A stretch of 64,000 nucleotides of DNA from Escherichia phage vB_EcoM_11B_SA_NWU. Positions 37,909 through 47,833 of the stretch are shown here, in pieces. The translations under genes were made by a program, and so were the position numbers. Each line of letters opens with the position of its first letter. The stretch's first letter is position 1. Below the pieces are notes generated by a model that worked only from the letters and a program-made list of their open reading frames with translations, was not told where the DNA came from and searched no databases. The stretch lies in the sequence record OR062527. One strand, written 5' to 3'.

Positions 37909-39474
37909 ATGACTATCAAAACTAAAGCTGAACTTTTGAACAAATGGAAGCCATTACTGGAAGGTGAAGGTTTACCGGAAATTGCTAATAGCAAACAAGC
38001 GATTATCGCTAAAATCTTTGAAAACCAGGAAAAAGATTTCCAAACAGCTCCAGAATATAAAGACGAAAAAATTGCTCAGGCATTTGGTTCTTTCTTAACA
38101 GAAGCTGAAATCGGTGGTGACCACGGTTACAATGCTACCAACATCGCTGCAGGTCAGACTTCTGGTGCAGTAACTCAGATTGGCCCAGCTGTTATGGGTA
38201 TGGTACGTCGTGCTATTCCTAACCTGATTGCTTTCGATATTTGTGGTGTTCAGCCGATGAACAGCCCGACTGGTCAGGTATTCGCACTGCGCGCAGTATA
38301 TGGTAAAGACCCAATCGCTTCCGGTGCTAAAGAAGCATTCCACCCAATGTATGGTCCAGATGCAATGTTCTCTGGTCAGGGTGCTGCTAAGAAATTCCCA
38401 GCTCTGGCTGCTAGCACAGAAACTACAGTAGGTGACATTTATACCCACTTCTTCCAGGAAACTGGTACCGTGTATCTGCAAGCTTCTGCTCAGGTAACAA
38501 TTAGTTCAAGTGCTAATGATGCAGCTAAATTAGATGCTGAAATTAAGAAACAAATGGAAGCTGGTGTACTGGTAGAAATCGCTGAAGGTATGGCTACTTC
38601 TATCGCTGAACTTCAGGAAGGTTTCAACGGTTCTACCGATAACCCATGGAATGAAATGGGCTTCCGTATCGATAAACAAGTTATCGAAGCTAAATCTCGT
38701 CAGCTGAAAGCTGCTTACTCTATCGAATTAGCACAAGACCTCCGCGCTGTTCACGGTATGGATGCTGATGCTGAACTGTCTGGTATTCTGGCTACCGAAA
38801 TCATGCTGGAAATCAACCGTGAAGTTGTTGATTGGATTAACTACTCAGCTCAGGTTGGTAAATCTGGTATGACCCTGACTCCGGGTTCTAAAGCTGGTGT
38901 ATTTGACTTCCAGGATCCGATTGATATTCGTGGTGCTCGCTGGGCAGGTGAATCCTTTAAAGCTCTGTTGTTCCAGATTGACAAAGAAGCAGTTGAAATT
39001 GCTCGTCAAACCGGTCGTGGTGAAGGTAACTTCATTATCGCTTCCCGTAACGTAGTTAACGTTCTGGCTTCAGTTGATACTGGCATTTCTTATGCTGCAC
39101 AGGGTCTGGCTACTGGATTTAACACTGATACTACCAAGTCAGTATTTGCTGGTGTTCTGGGTGGTAAATACCGTGTATATATCGACCAGTATGCTAAACA
39201 GGATTATTTCACTGTAGGTTATAAAGGTCCGAACGAAATGGATGCTGGTATTTACTATGCTCCATATGTAGCTTTGACTCCGCTGCGTGGTTCTGATCCG
39301 AAGAACTTCCAACCAGTAATGGGATTCAAAACTCGTTACGGTATCGGTATCAACCCATTTGCAGAATCCGCTGCTCAGGCTCCGGCTTCTCGCATCCAGA
39401 GCGGTATGCCTTCTATTCTGAATAGCCTTGGTAAAAACGCTTACTTTAGACGTGTATATGTTAAAGGTATCTAA
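37909..39474 (+). CDS. 23: major capsid protein gp23
   Basis: 521 aa; biased high-expression codon usage; synteny. Confidence 0.95.
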   Translation: MTIKTKAELLNKWKPLLEGEGLPEIANSKQAIIAKIFENQEKDFQTAPEYKDEKIAQAFGSFLTEAEIGGDHGYNATNIAAGQTSGAVTQIGPAVMGMVRRAIPNLIAFDICGVQPMNSPTGQVFALRAVYGKDPIASGAKEAFHPMYGPDAMFSGQGAAKKFPALAASTETTVGDIYTHFFQETGTVYLQASAQVTISSSANDAAKLDAEIKKQMEAGVLVEIAEGMATSIAELQEGFNGSTDNPWNEMGFRIDKQVIEAKSRQLKAAYSIELAQDLRAVHGMDADAELSGILATEIMLEINREVVDWINYSAQVGKSGMTLTPGSKAGVFDFQDPIDIRGARWAGESFKALLFQIDKEAVEIARQTGRGEGNFIIASRNVVNVLASVDTGISYAAQGLATGFNTDTTKSVFAGVLGGKYRVYIDQYAKQDYFTVGYKGPNEMDAGIYYAPYVALTPLRGSDPKNFQPVMGFKTRYGIGINPFAESAAQAPASRIQSGMPSILNSLGKNAYFRRVYVKGI

Positions 39475-39489
39475 TCTTTGACGATTTAA

Positions 39490-39520
39490 GGGACCTTCGG
39501 GTCCCTTTAGTTGTTTTTAT
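39490..39520 (+). terminator. UUCG-tetraloop hairpin/terminator after gp23
   Basis: GGGACC-UUCG-GGUCCC followed by T-rich run. Confidence 0.6.
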
Positions 39521-39522
39521 GG

Positions 39523-39530
39523 TATAAATA
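39523..39530 (+). promoter_or_regulatory. late promoter TATAAATA (gp24)
   Basis: exact consensus. Confidence 0.6.
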
Positions 39531-39557
39531 AATCATATAAACCAAAAGGAAAGCGCA

Positions 39558-40841
39558 ATGGCTAAAATCAACGAACTTCTGCGCGAATCAACCACAACGA
39601 ATAGCAACTCAATCGGTCGCCCAAATCTCGTTGCTTTGACTCGCGCTACCACTAAATTAATATATTCTGACATTGTAGCAACGCAAAGAACTAATCAACC
39701 TGTTGCTGCTTTTTATGGTATCAAATACCTTAACCCAGACAACGAATTTACATTTAAAACTGGTGCTACTTACGCTGGCGAAGCTGGATATGTAGACCGA
39801 GAAAAAATCACAGAATTAACAGAAGAGTCTAAATTAACTCTCAATAAAGGCGATTTATTCAAATATAATAATATCGTTTATAAAGTATTAGAAGATACAC
39901 CATTTGCTGATATTGAAGAAAGCGATTTAGAATTAGCTCTTCAGATTGCAATTGTTCTTTTAAAGGTTCGTCTATTTTCTGACGCAGCGTCAACAAGCAA
40001 ATTTGAAAGCTCTGATAGTGAAATTGCGGATGCTAGATTCCAGATTAATAAATGGCAAACCGCAGTTAAATCTCGCAAACTTAAAACTGGTATCACAGTT
40101 GAATTAGCACAAGATTTAGAAGCAAACGGATTCGATGCTCCTAATTTCTTAGAAGATTTGCTTGCAACCGAAATGGCAGATGAAATCAATAAAGATATTC
40201 TGCAGTCTTTGATTACAGTATCAAAACGTTATAAAGTTACAGGAATTACTGATACTGGATTCATTGATTTGAGTTATGCATCTGCACCTGAAGCTGGTCG
40301 TTCATTATACCGAATGGTATGTGAAATGGTTTCGCATATCCAAAAAGAATCAACTTATACAGCAACGTTCTGTGTTGCTTCTGCTCGTGCCGCTGCGATT
40401 CTTGCTGCATCAGGTTGGTTAAAACATAAACCAGAAGATGACAAGTATCTTTCACAAAATGCCTACGGGTTCTTAGCTAATGGTTTACCGCTTTATTGCG
40501 ATACTAACAGCCCATTAGATTATGTAATCGTTGGCGTAGTAGAAAATATCGGTGAAAAAGAAATTGTTGGATCAATTTTCTATGCTCCGTATACAGAAGG
40601 TCTCGACTTAGATGACCCTGAACATGTAGGTGCATTTAAAGTTGTTGTTGATCCAGAAAGCTTGCAACCGTCTATCGGTTTATTAGTTAGATATGCTTTA
40701 TCTGCAAATCCTTACACCGTAGCAAAAGATGAAAAAGAAGCAAGAGTAATTGATGGTGGAGACATGGATAAAATGGCGGGTCGTTCAGATTTGTCCGTTT
40801 TATTAGGTGTTAAGCTACCAAAAATTATCATTGATGAATAA
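39558..40841 (+). CDS. 24: capsid vertex protein gp24
   Basis: 427 aa; late promoter at 39523. Confidence 0.9.
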   Translation: MAKINELLRESTTTNSNSIGRPNLVALTRATTKLIYSDIVATQRTNQPVAAFYGIKYLNPDNEFTFKTGATYAGEAGYVDREKITELTEESKLTLNKGDLFKYNNIVYKVLEDTPFADIEESDLELALQIAIVLLKVRLFSDAASTSKFESSDSEIADARFQINKWQTAVKSRKLKTGITVELAQDLEANGFDAPNFLEDLLATEMADEINKDILQSLITVSKRYKVTGITDTGFIDLSYASAPEAGRSLYRMVCEMVSHIQKESTYTATFCVASARAAAILAASGWLKHKPEDDKYLSQNAYGFLANGLPLYCDTNSPLDYVIVGVVENIGEKEIVGSIFYAPYTEGLDLDDPEHVGAFKVVVDPESLQPSIGLLVRYALSANPYTVAKDEKEARVIDGGDMDKMAGRSDLSVLLGVKLPKIIIDE

Positions 40842-40846
40842 ATCAA

Positions 40847-40869
40847 AGGGACCGAAAGGTCCCTTTTTA
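40847..40869 (+). terminator. terminator hairpin after gp24 (GAAA tetraloop + T5)
   Basis: AGGGACC-GAAA-GGUCCCU followed by TTTTT. Confidence 0.7.
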
Positions 40870-40870
40870 T

Positions 40871-41875
40871 TTAGCTCACCAACTCAATCCAAGCCGGACG
40901 AAGTACATCTTGTACCATTTTAACTAATTCCTTTTTAACCAAAGAAGGATTATCCGCTTGAGTTAGAGTAATACCTTCACGAGAAGTTTCTTCCAAAATA
41001 TCTTGAACAGTTAGTCCCATCACCTTTCCAAAATCTTTAGGACCAATTTCGCCAATTTTAGAAATAACATTATTTACTCGGTTCAGTGTAACATAACAAG
41101 CTAAAATTCCCATCAGCTTATTATCAGCTTCTGATAGTTCAACTTTAGCTTTAATAGGCTTATCAGACTTTTTCTTTTCACTAAATTTGGAATTCTTACA
41201 TTTAATTGCTACACGATTTCCATTATGAAGCCAAGAAGGATAACAAGGTTTCAATACATATCCTTCAGCGGTAAACACTTCACCTTTTGCTTCGGCATTC
41301 CAAACGCATTTATTTGCATCAACTAATCCAGCATGGTCTACTGTAAAATTATAATCTTGGACGACAGAATCTAAATCATTTGGCAATTTAATAAGCTCTT
41401 CAAATTTACCGCGACCTAAAAGTGGAGCCATTTTAAATTTGAATGTATTACAGAATGATTCCATCATATAATCATCGACATAAGTCACATCACCACTTTC
41501 TGTAGTGACAATAATGTCAAATACATAAAAATCTTTATCACCATAATCAACATTCTTCTGAATGCCAGGTCCAGCGAATTCGCCAAAGACTTGATAAGAT
41601 ACAACCGCTGAAGTTTCCATAATATCTTGTACTGCTTTAATGGAATCAGCGTAATTCTTTAGAATAATTTCATACCCAAAGAAATCTTCAGCAGGAAGAA
41701 TAGGACCAGTACGTTTAGCGCAAGTTACTTTATCACGCTCAATAATCAATGAGAAATTTGTGCCGTGAATCTTTTCACGAGCTACCCATTCGCCGCCAGT
41801 CAATCCTAAGCTATAAAGTTTTTCAATAAATTTAGAGTTGTAATGATTTTCAAGACTGCTATACTTTTTAAACAT
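40871..41875 (-). CDS. rnlB: RNA ligase 2 (RnlB)
   Basis: 334 aa; nucleotidyltransferase motif I ...[10 protein letters not shown]. Confidence 0.85.
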   Translation of the reverse strand: MFKKYSSLENHYNSKFIEKLYSLGLTGGEWVAREKIHGTNFSLIIERDKVTCAKRTGPILPAEDFFGYEIILKNYADSIKAVQDIMETSAVVSYQVFGEFAGPGIQKNVDYGDKDFYVFDIIVTTESGDVTYVDDYMMESFCNTFKFKMAPLLGRGKFEELIKLPNDLDSVVQDYNFTVDHAGLVDANKCVWNAEAKGEVFTAEGYVLKPCYPSWLHNGNRVAIKCKNSKFSEKKKSDKPIKAKVELSEADNKLMGILACYVTLNRVNNVISKIGEIGPKDFGKVMGLTVQDILEETSREGITLTQADNPSLVKKELVKMVQDVLRPAWIELVS

Positions 41876-41884
41876 AATTAATCC

Positions 41885-42163
41885 TCAAAATGTAATTTCT
41901 AACCAATCACCATCACGCTGATCACTATTAACTTTAAAGCTGAATCCTTCTTTTCTCAACCAATCACCAATTTCTTCAGTAATCAATTTATCGCGAGCAG
42001 TACAATAATAACTAAAATATGTTTTACCTTGTTCAGCTGCTTTATTAGCAAGTTCCGAAAAATCTTTAATAAAACACTCTAGTTTAAACTGTTTGCTTTT
42101 TAATGCTTTTTCGCGTAATTGATTAGCAAAAGATTCATTTTCATAAAGATCATACTGTTCCAT
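41885..42163 (-). CDS. hypothetical protein (24.2-like)
   Basis: 92 aa ORF. Confidence 0.5.
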   Translation of the reverse strand: MEQYDLYENESFANQLREKALKSKQFKLECFIKDFSELANKAAEQGKTYFSYYCTARDKLITEEIGDWLRKEGFSFKVNSDQRDGDWLEITF

Positions 42164-42365
42164 TTTTCACCTTTTTATTAATATGTCTTTTTCTATAGAC
42201 AACTTTTTCTCGAGTTTCAAATTTATTCTTAGCAGTCATAGCTCGAGCCCATAATACAGCCACTTCTTTCGCCTGTAAGTTTAATTCACGAGCAATTTCA
42301 ATGAATGACTTTCCAGACTCATGAAGAGTAAACACCACAACCTCAGTTCTCATAATCAATCTCAT
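42150..42365 (-). CDS. small helix-turn-helix protein (24.3-like)
   Basis: 71 aa; HTH-like segment FTLHESGKSFIEIARELNLQAKEVAVLWARA. Confidence 0.5.
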   Translation of the reverse strand: MRLIMRTEVVVFTLHESGKSFIEIARELNLQAKEVAVLWARAMTAKNKFETREKVVYRKRHINKKVKNGTV

Positions 42366-42454
42366 GTTATCGAGTTGGTGCCATTATATACATCGTTTTC
42401 TGACTATGTTTTGTGTGCTTTCAAAATGAAGAAAGGGGCCGAAGCCCCTTACGA

Positions 42455-43873
42455 TTATGGATAGGTATAGATGATACCAGTTTCTAAAGCAGTTTTATGA
42501 ATGATGTATCCATTACGTGATTCTTGAACATCAACTTCTGGATAGTCTTTCATCATCTTCTGAAGAGTGTAACGATGCAAGTAGTACTTACTATCTGGAT
42601 CGTCAGTTTTCCAATCTTTACCTTCTTCAGTCATTTTTTGGATTTCATCCATAACCCACCAACCGCACCAGATGTAAGCTGAAGTACGGTGTGGAAGAGG
42701 ATGAACATAAGGCAATTCACCTTCTGGTTCCGGAGCAACTTTATCAGTCACTTGAACTTGACCTGTTGTTTTAACTGTTTTGCTATCATAATCAGTTGCT
42801 GCAACGACAGCAGTAACTTCAATAGTTTGACTTCCAACAGATGAGGTATCGACAGTATATACGTTAGTTGACCCTTCTACAGGAGAAGAATCTTTCTTCC
42901 ACGAGTAAGTAATTTGTGCTTCTTCTGGAGCATCCGTAACATTAGCCGTAAATGTAGCCGAAGCATCTTGCTGAACGTTAATAGAAGGAGGAGTCAATGT
43001 AACCTGTGGATTCATTGTCTTCTTATTAACCGTTAATGATACTTCATTCGAAGTAACTTCCTTTTCATTGTAATTTTCAGCAGTTACTTGGGCTACGCAT
43101 TTAATTCTTTTTACTCCACTTGTAGTTGGAGTATAGCTAAATGTAGAGTTAGTTTCTCCACCAACTTGTGAATCATCTACATACCACTGATACGTAGCAG
43201 ATGCTCCATCAGGTTGAGAAGCTAAGGCAGCAGTAAATTGAACTGGGGTTCCAATTACTCCAGCTGAAGGACTATCGGGAGTTACTGCCAAAGTAGTTGT
43301 CTGTGTCTTTTTATTAACAGTCAGTGACACTTCATTAGAAGTAACTTCTTTTGCATCATAATCTGTCGCGGTTACTTGAGCTACACACTTAATTGTTTTA
43401 ACTCCACTTGTGTCAGGAGTGTAATTGAATGTAGCGCTAGTCGCTTCGCTCACAGGAGAACTGTCAACGTACCATTGATACGTAGCAGATGCGCCTGATG
43501 GCTGCGAAGCCAAAGCAGCGGTAAATTTAACAGCTGTTCCAATCACTCCAGCCGCAGGACTAGCAGGAGTTACGGCTAAGGTAGTCGTCTGTGTCTTATT
43601 TTTAACTGTGATAGTTGTTGTCGCTTCAGCCGTTTCCGGGCCTCCTTCAGAAAGTGTATTTGTTGCAACTACTTTAATAGTCTTTTGACCAGCAGGACCT
43701 TTTAATACATAATCAAAAGTTGCTTCAGACCCATCTTGTGGAGCATTATCTACACTCCAAGCATAAGTAATAGTTCCACCTCCAGTTTCACCACTGGGTG
43801 CAGCAGTAAACTGCTTGGTTTCATCAATAACTCCTGACGGTGTTTTAGGAGTTATATCAACTGTAAAAGCCAT
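42455..43873 (-). CDS. hoc: highly immunogenic outer capsid protein Hoc, 472 aa with extra Ig-like domain
   Basis: tandem Ig-like repeats and C-terminal capsid-binding domain; SD AAGGA. Confidence 0.85.
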   Translation of the reverse strand: MAFTVDITPKTPSGVIDETKQFTAAPSGETGGGTITYAWSVDNAPQDGSEATFDYVLKGPAGQKTIKVVATNTLSEGGPETAEATTTITVKNKTQTTTLAVTPASPAAGVIGTAVKFTAALASQPSGASATYQWYVDSSPVSEATSATFNYTPDTSGVKTIKCVAQVTATDYDAKEVTSNEVSLTVNKKTQTTTLAVTPDSPSAGVIGTPVQFTAALASQPDGASATYQWYVDDSQVGGETNSTFSYTPTTSGVKRIKCVAQVTAENYNEKEVTSNEVSLTVNKKTMNPQVTLTPPSINVQQDASATFTANVTDAPEEAQITYSWKKDSSPVEGSTNVYTVDTSSVGSQTIEVTAVVAATDYDSKTVKTTGQVQVTDKVAPEPEGELPYVHPLPHRTSAYIWCGWWVMDEIQKMTEEGKDWKTDDPDSKYYLHRYTLQKMMKDYPEVDVQESRNGYIIHKTALETGIIYTYP

Positions 43874-43882
43874 AAGTTATCC

Positions 43883-44563
43883 TTATTTTAATGTTACGAA
43901 AGAAGAATTGCGTGTTTCACGAATTAGAACTGATCCGTCGCGATTAATGTAATAAATTAAGCTAAACAGAGTTTGGTGTGCTGACGCGTGTTCAAAACTA
44001 GTTGGATGAGATTTCCAATCAGGAGTTTCAGCGATCCATTGATAAATCCACCAAGGAACCGTACAGAATCCTGGATTTTTCCCCAATAATTGAAGATTCG
44101 GGCTAAAGTTTTCCGGAAGAGTAAATACAGACGGCTTTTCAGATTCAATAATCTCAGCTACAGCTTGTTCAAACTTTTCTTCAACAAAAGGAGTGTCTTC
44201 AATCAAAACATCAGTATTTTCAGGAATTTTATCCGTTTCTACCACTTCAATTTTAATATCAGATTTAACTGGAGAATCAATCAGAAGTGCTGCTTCTGGA
44301 TTAACTTCTTCATCGTCATATTTTAATCCCTCTGCAGCATCAGCAGCATCAATTAAGTCTTTAATAGATAACCCATCAGTCTCTGGCATAGGTTCACTAG
44401 CGAGCTTCTGGAGGGCTTCTTCAATATCAACAACAATATTATCAAAAGATTTATTCTTTTTGACCTTTATACCAAACTGTTCAGCATATTCAGCTAATTT
44501 AGCTTTAGCTTCTTTATTATCATCAAGAGCCTTCAGCTCTGCAATATAATCTTTATCTATCAT
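43883..44563 (-). CDS. inh: Inh-like protein (prohead protease inhibitor)
   Basis: 226 aa, position next to hoc. Confidence 0.6.
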   Translation of the reverse strand: MIDKDYIAELKALDDNKEAKAKLAEYAEQFGIKVKKNKSFDNIVVDIEEALQKLASEPMPETDGLSIKDLIDAADAAEGLKYDDEEVNPEAALLIDSPVKSDIKIEVVETDKIPENTDVLIEDTPFVEEKFEQAVAEIIESEKPSVFTLPENFSPNLQLLGKNPGFCTVPWWIYQWIAETPDWKSHPTSFEHASAHQTLFSLIYYINRDGSVLIRETRNSSFVTLK

Positions 44564-44576
44564 AATATTTCCTCAG

Positions 44577-44584
44577 TATAAATA
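44577..44584 (+). promoter_or_regulatory. late promoter TATAAATA (uvsW)
   Basis: exact consensus 30 nt upstream of ATG. Confidence 0.55.
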
Positions 44585-44613
44585 TAGATATATTTATTAC
44601 ATGGTATTTAGAC

Positions 44614-46125
44614 ATGACTGACATTAAAGTACATTTTTATGATTTTAGTCACGTGAGAATTGATTGTGAAGAAAGTACATTTCATGAACTCCGTGATTTC
44701 TTTAGCTTTGAAGCTGATGGGTATCGTTTTAATCCGAAATACAAATATGGCCACTGGGATGGACGAATCCGTCTTTTAGATTATAATCGCCTTCTTCCAT
44801 TCGGCTTAGTCGGGCAAATTAAAAAGTTCTGTGATAACTTTGGCTATAAAGCCTGGATTGACCCACAAATTAACGAAAAAGAAGAATTATCAAGAAAAGA
44901 TTTTGATGAATGGCTTTCTAAATTAGAAATCTATTCAGGAAATAAAAGAATTGAACCACACTGGTATCAAAAAGATGCAGTGTTCGAAGGATTAGTTAAT
45001 CGTCGTAGAATTCTTAATCTTCCAACTTCGGCTGGTAAATCTTTAATTCAAGCTTTGCTTGCACGTTATTATTTGGAAAATTATGAAGGTAAAATTCTTA
45101 TCATTGTTCCAACAACTGCTCTGACAACTCAGATGGCTGATGACTTTGTTGACTATCGTTTATTCAGTCATGCAATGATAAAGAAAATTGGTGGCGGAGC
45201 ATCAAAAGATGATAAATATAAAAATGATGCACCAGTCGTTGTTGGTACATGGCAAACTGTAGTAAAACAACCAAAAGAATGGTTCTCACAGTTTGGAATG
45301 ATGATGAATGATGAATGCCATCTTGCTACAGGAAAAAGTATTTCATCTATCATATCAGGTTTAAATAACTGTATGTTCAAATTTGGTCTATCTGGTTCAT
45401 TACGTGACGGCAAAGCCAATATCATGCAGTATGTTGGAATGTTTGGCGAAATATTTAAGCCAGTAACGACTTCTAAGTTAATGGAAGATGGACAAGTAAC
45501 TGAGCTAAAAATTAATAGTATTTTTCTTCGTTATCCTGATGAGTTCACTACTAAATTAAAGGGAAAAACTTACCAAGAAGAAATAAAAATTATTACGGGG
45601 CTTAGTAAAAGAAATAAATGGATCGCTAAATTAGCTATTAAGCTTGCGCAAAAAGATGAAAACGCTTTTGTCATGTTTAAACATGTATCGCACGGTAAAG
45701 CTATTTTCGATTTAATTAAAAATGAATACGATAAAGTTTATTACGTATCAGGGGAAGTTGATACCGAAACACGCAATATAATGAAAACCTTAGCTGAAAA
45801 TGGTAAAGGAATAATTATAGTAGCTAGTTATGGTGTATTTTCTACTGGTATTTCAGTTAAAAATCTGCATCACGTTGTTTTAGCGCACGGTGTTAAATCA
45901 AAAATCATTGTATTACAAACAATCGGTCGTGTATTACGTAAGCATGGTTCTAAGACAATAGCAACAGTCTGGGACCTCATAGATGATTGCGGTGTTAAGC
46001 CAAAATCTGCTAATACGAAAAAGAAATATGTTCATTTGAACTATCTTTTAAAACACGGCATTGATCGTATTCAGCGCTACGCGGATGAAAAATTTAATTA
46101 CGTAATGAAAACAGTTAATTTATAA
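44614..46125 (+). CDS. uvsW: UvsW helicase
   Basis: Walker A PTSAGKS, DEcH motif NDECH; late promoter at 44577. Confidence 0.9.
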   Translation: MTDIKVHFYDFSHVRIDCEESTFHELRDFFSFEADGYRFNPKYKYGHWDGRIRLLDYNRLLPFGLVGQIKKFCDNFGYKAWIDPQINEKEELSRKDFDEWLSKLEIYSGNKRIEPHWYQKDAVFEGLVNRRRILNLPTSAGKSLIQALLARYYLENYEGKILIIVPTTALTTQMADDFVDYRLFSHAMIKKIGGGASKDDKYKNDAPVVVGTWQTVVKQPKEWFSQFGMMMNDECHLATGKSISSIISGLNNCMFKFGLSGSLRDGKANIMQYVGMFGEIFKPVTTSKLMEDGQVTELKINSIFLRYPDEFTTKLKGKTYQEEIKIITGLSKRNKWIAKLAIKLAQKDENAFVMFKHVSHGKAIFDLIKNEYDKVYYVSGEVDTETRNIMKTLAENGKGIIIVASYGVFSTGISVKNLHHVVLAHGVKSKIIVLQTIGRVLRKHGSKTIATVWDLIDDCGVKPKSANTKKKYVHLNYLLKHGIDRIQRYADEKFNYVMKTVNL

Positions 46126-46138
46126 GGGCTTCGGCCCT

Positions 46139-46381
46139 TTGGAGAAAAAGATGTTACTAGAATTTAAACAATTTCTTTATGAAGCTTCTATTGATGAATT
46201 TATGGGTAAAATTGCCTCTTGTCAAACATTAGAAGGTTTAGAAGAACTTGAAGCTTATTATAAGAAAAGAGTTAAAGAAACTGAATTAAAAGATACTGAT
46301 GACATCTCAGTCAGAGATGCTTTGGCAGGAAAAAGAGCTGAATTAGAAGATTCAGACGATGAAGTAGAAGAAAGCTTTTAA
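46139..46381 (+). CDS. uvsW.1: UvsW.1 small acidic protein
   Basis: 80 aa; SD GGAG; directly after uvsW. Confidence 0.55.
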   Translation: MEKKMLLEFKQFLYEASIDEFMGKIASCQTLEGLEELEAYYKKRVKETELKDTDDISVRDALAGKRAELEDSDDEVEESF

Positions 46382-46436
46382 ATTAAAAAAGGCCCAACCA
46401 AAAAGGAAGGGCCAAAACTATAGACTAAAGGTCACA

Positions 46437-46604
46437 CTATAGCAAAAGTTGTGTTTCATTTAATTGTTCTTCCGAACTTTCTGAAACTGGTAGTTCTTTA
46501 ATGTAATTATAACAAGGCCCAGGATGTACAGGACCTTTGTCTGTTTCAACAACCAATGCAGAATCGATTGGAGTTTTACAGACAACACAAATCTTATCTG
46601 ACAT
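46437..46604 (-). CDS. small Cys-containing protein (uvsY.-2-like), 55 aa; ORF-track start 46667 trimmed
   Basis: SD AAGGAG before ATG for MSDKICVVC; late promoter TATAAATA at 46630-46637. Confidence 0.45.
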   Translation of the reverse strand: MSDKICVVCKTPIDSALVVETDKGPVHPGPCYNYIKELPVSESSEEQLNETQLLL

Positions 46605-46727
46605 GATTGTCTCCTTTTGAATATAGTAATATTTATAAACCCATTTTAATCCGCATTTCTTGTACACGGATTAAGCAAGCTTCCATCTCTGCTAATAGTC
46701 GAAATACTTCTTTATAATCTGTCATAT

Positions 46728-46955
46728 TTACCCCATATCTCTCATATGCATATCAATGCCCATATCTTTAGAATAAAAATATTCATCAAGATATCCGGCA
46801 AATTTTCCTTTAATATAAAGGACATCTTCACCACATGGGTGGTCGGCCAGGATACGAATATCCTGACGCTTAAGATTATGCTTTTTCATTAAGAATTGAA
46901 TTTCCGTTTCAAATTCTTCTTCATAATTAAAAGCATCATCAATGCTATATCTCAT
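46728..46955 (-). CDS. hypothetical protein (uvsY.-1-like)
   Basis: 75 aa ORF upstream of uvsY. Confidence 0.5.
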   Translation of the reverse strand: MRYSIDDAFNYEEEFETEIQFLMKKHNLKRQDIRILADHPCGEDVLYIKGKFAGYLDEYFYSKDMGIDMHMRDMG

Positions 46956-47368
46956 TATTTTCCAGCCTCAAATGCTCGCATGTCTTGAATATGCTTAATA
47001 GCAAATCCACGTGATTTAATAGCATCAAGAGCTCCGCTACAGAAATCTAATAAAATCCCCCAATACTGTAACGAGGTATCAACCTTTAAAACATCCTTAT
47101 CAGCTGATAGAACTGTTTTCATTTCTGATTTCTCGTAACGATCCATACTAAATTCATCACCATCTCCTCGTCCCGAGTAGTAATCTAATTTAGCTTTAAG
47201 AGCAACTTTTTTCTGTGCTTCAATTCTAAGCATTTCCTTTTTAATACTTGAATGCTTATTAAGCCATTTACTATATAACATCACATTGTTAGCTGCTTCA
47301 TACTGTAATTTAGTCGAATCTATAAACACATCTTTCTTCAATTCTTCTTGAAGATCTTCTAATCTCAT
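46955..47368 (-). CDS. uvsY: recombination mediator UvsY
   Basis: 137 aa, synteny. Confidence 0.8.
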   Translation of the reverse strand: MRLEDLQEELKKDVFIDSTKLQYEAANNVMLYSKWLNKHSSIKKEMLRIEAQKKVALKAKLDYYSGRGDGDEFSMDRYEKSEMKTVLSADKDVLKVDTSLQYWGILLDFCSGALDAIKSRGFAIKHIQDMRAFEAGK

Positions 47369-47434
47369 ATTGTTCTCTATTCAATTGTTATTGGATGGAC
47401 TTAGATTCATTATACCACGTTTATACGTGAAGCA

Positions 47435-47833
47435 TTATACTCTATTACTGGAAGCTAGTTGTAGTTTTATCTGCTCAATATCATCAGGGTTATCAATGAC
47501 CGAAAAGCGTATTTCTACTATCAGAGTATAATCATCATAAACTGGTATAACATTAACTGCTAATTTATCAATACGCGGCTCATAGTTTCTTACTGCGCTT
47601 TCGATATTACGCTCAACCGTGTCAGCAGTAAGAGGAGTCATATTCTCAAAAAGTTGGTCAGATAAATCACATCCAAATTCAGGGTCAAACGGTCTTGAAC
47701 CTTTTCTTGTTGTAATAATTCCTAAAAGACTATTTTTAATTGACCTTAATCCAAGTGATCTTGAAACGTCTTTGTTCCAATCCATTTTCATCTCTGGGTC
47801 AATATCAGAATAAAGCTTATTAATATTTGCCAT
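47435..47833 (-). CDS. 25: baseplate wedge protein gp25
   Basis: 132 aa, synteny. Confidence 0.85.
   Translation of the reverse strand: MANINKLYSDIDPEMKMDWNKDVSRSLGLRSIKNSLLGIITTRKGSRPFDPEFGCDLSDQLFENMTPLTADTVERNIESAVRNYEPRIDKLAVNVIPVYDDYTLIVEIRFSVIDNPDDIEQIKLQLASSNRV

Noticed and set aside
43022-43597. Tandem repeats inside hoc as a possible CRISPR-like or satellite array
   Set aside because: Repeats are about 290 bp, in-frame coding and diverged; this is a protein domain duplication, with no spacers or short direct repeats.
44090-44549. Plus-strand ORFs 44090..44326 and 44193..44549
   Set aside because: Antisense to the inh gene, no SD; the inh frame is the better-supported reading.
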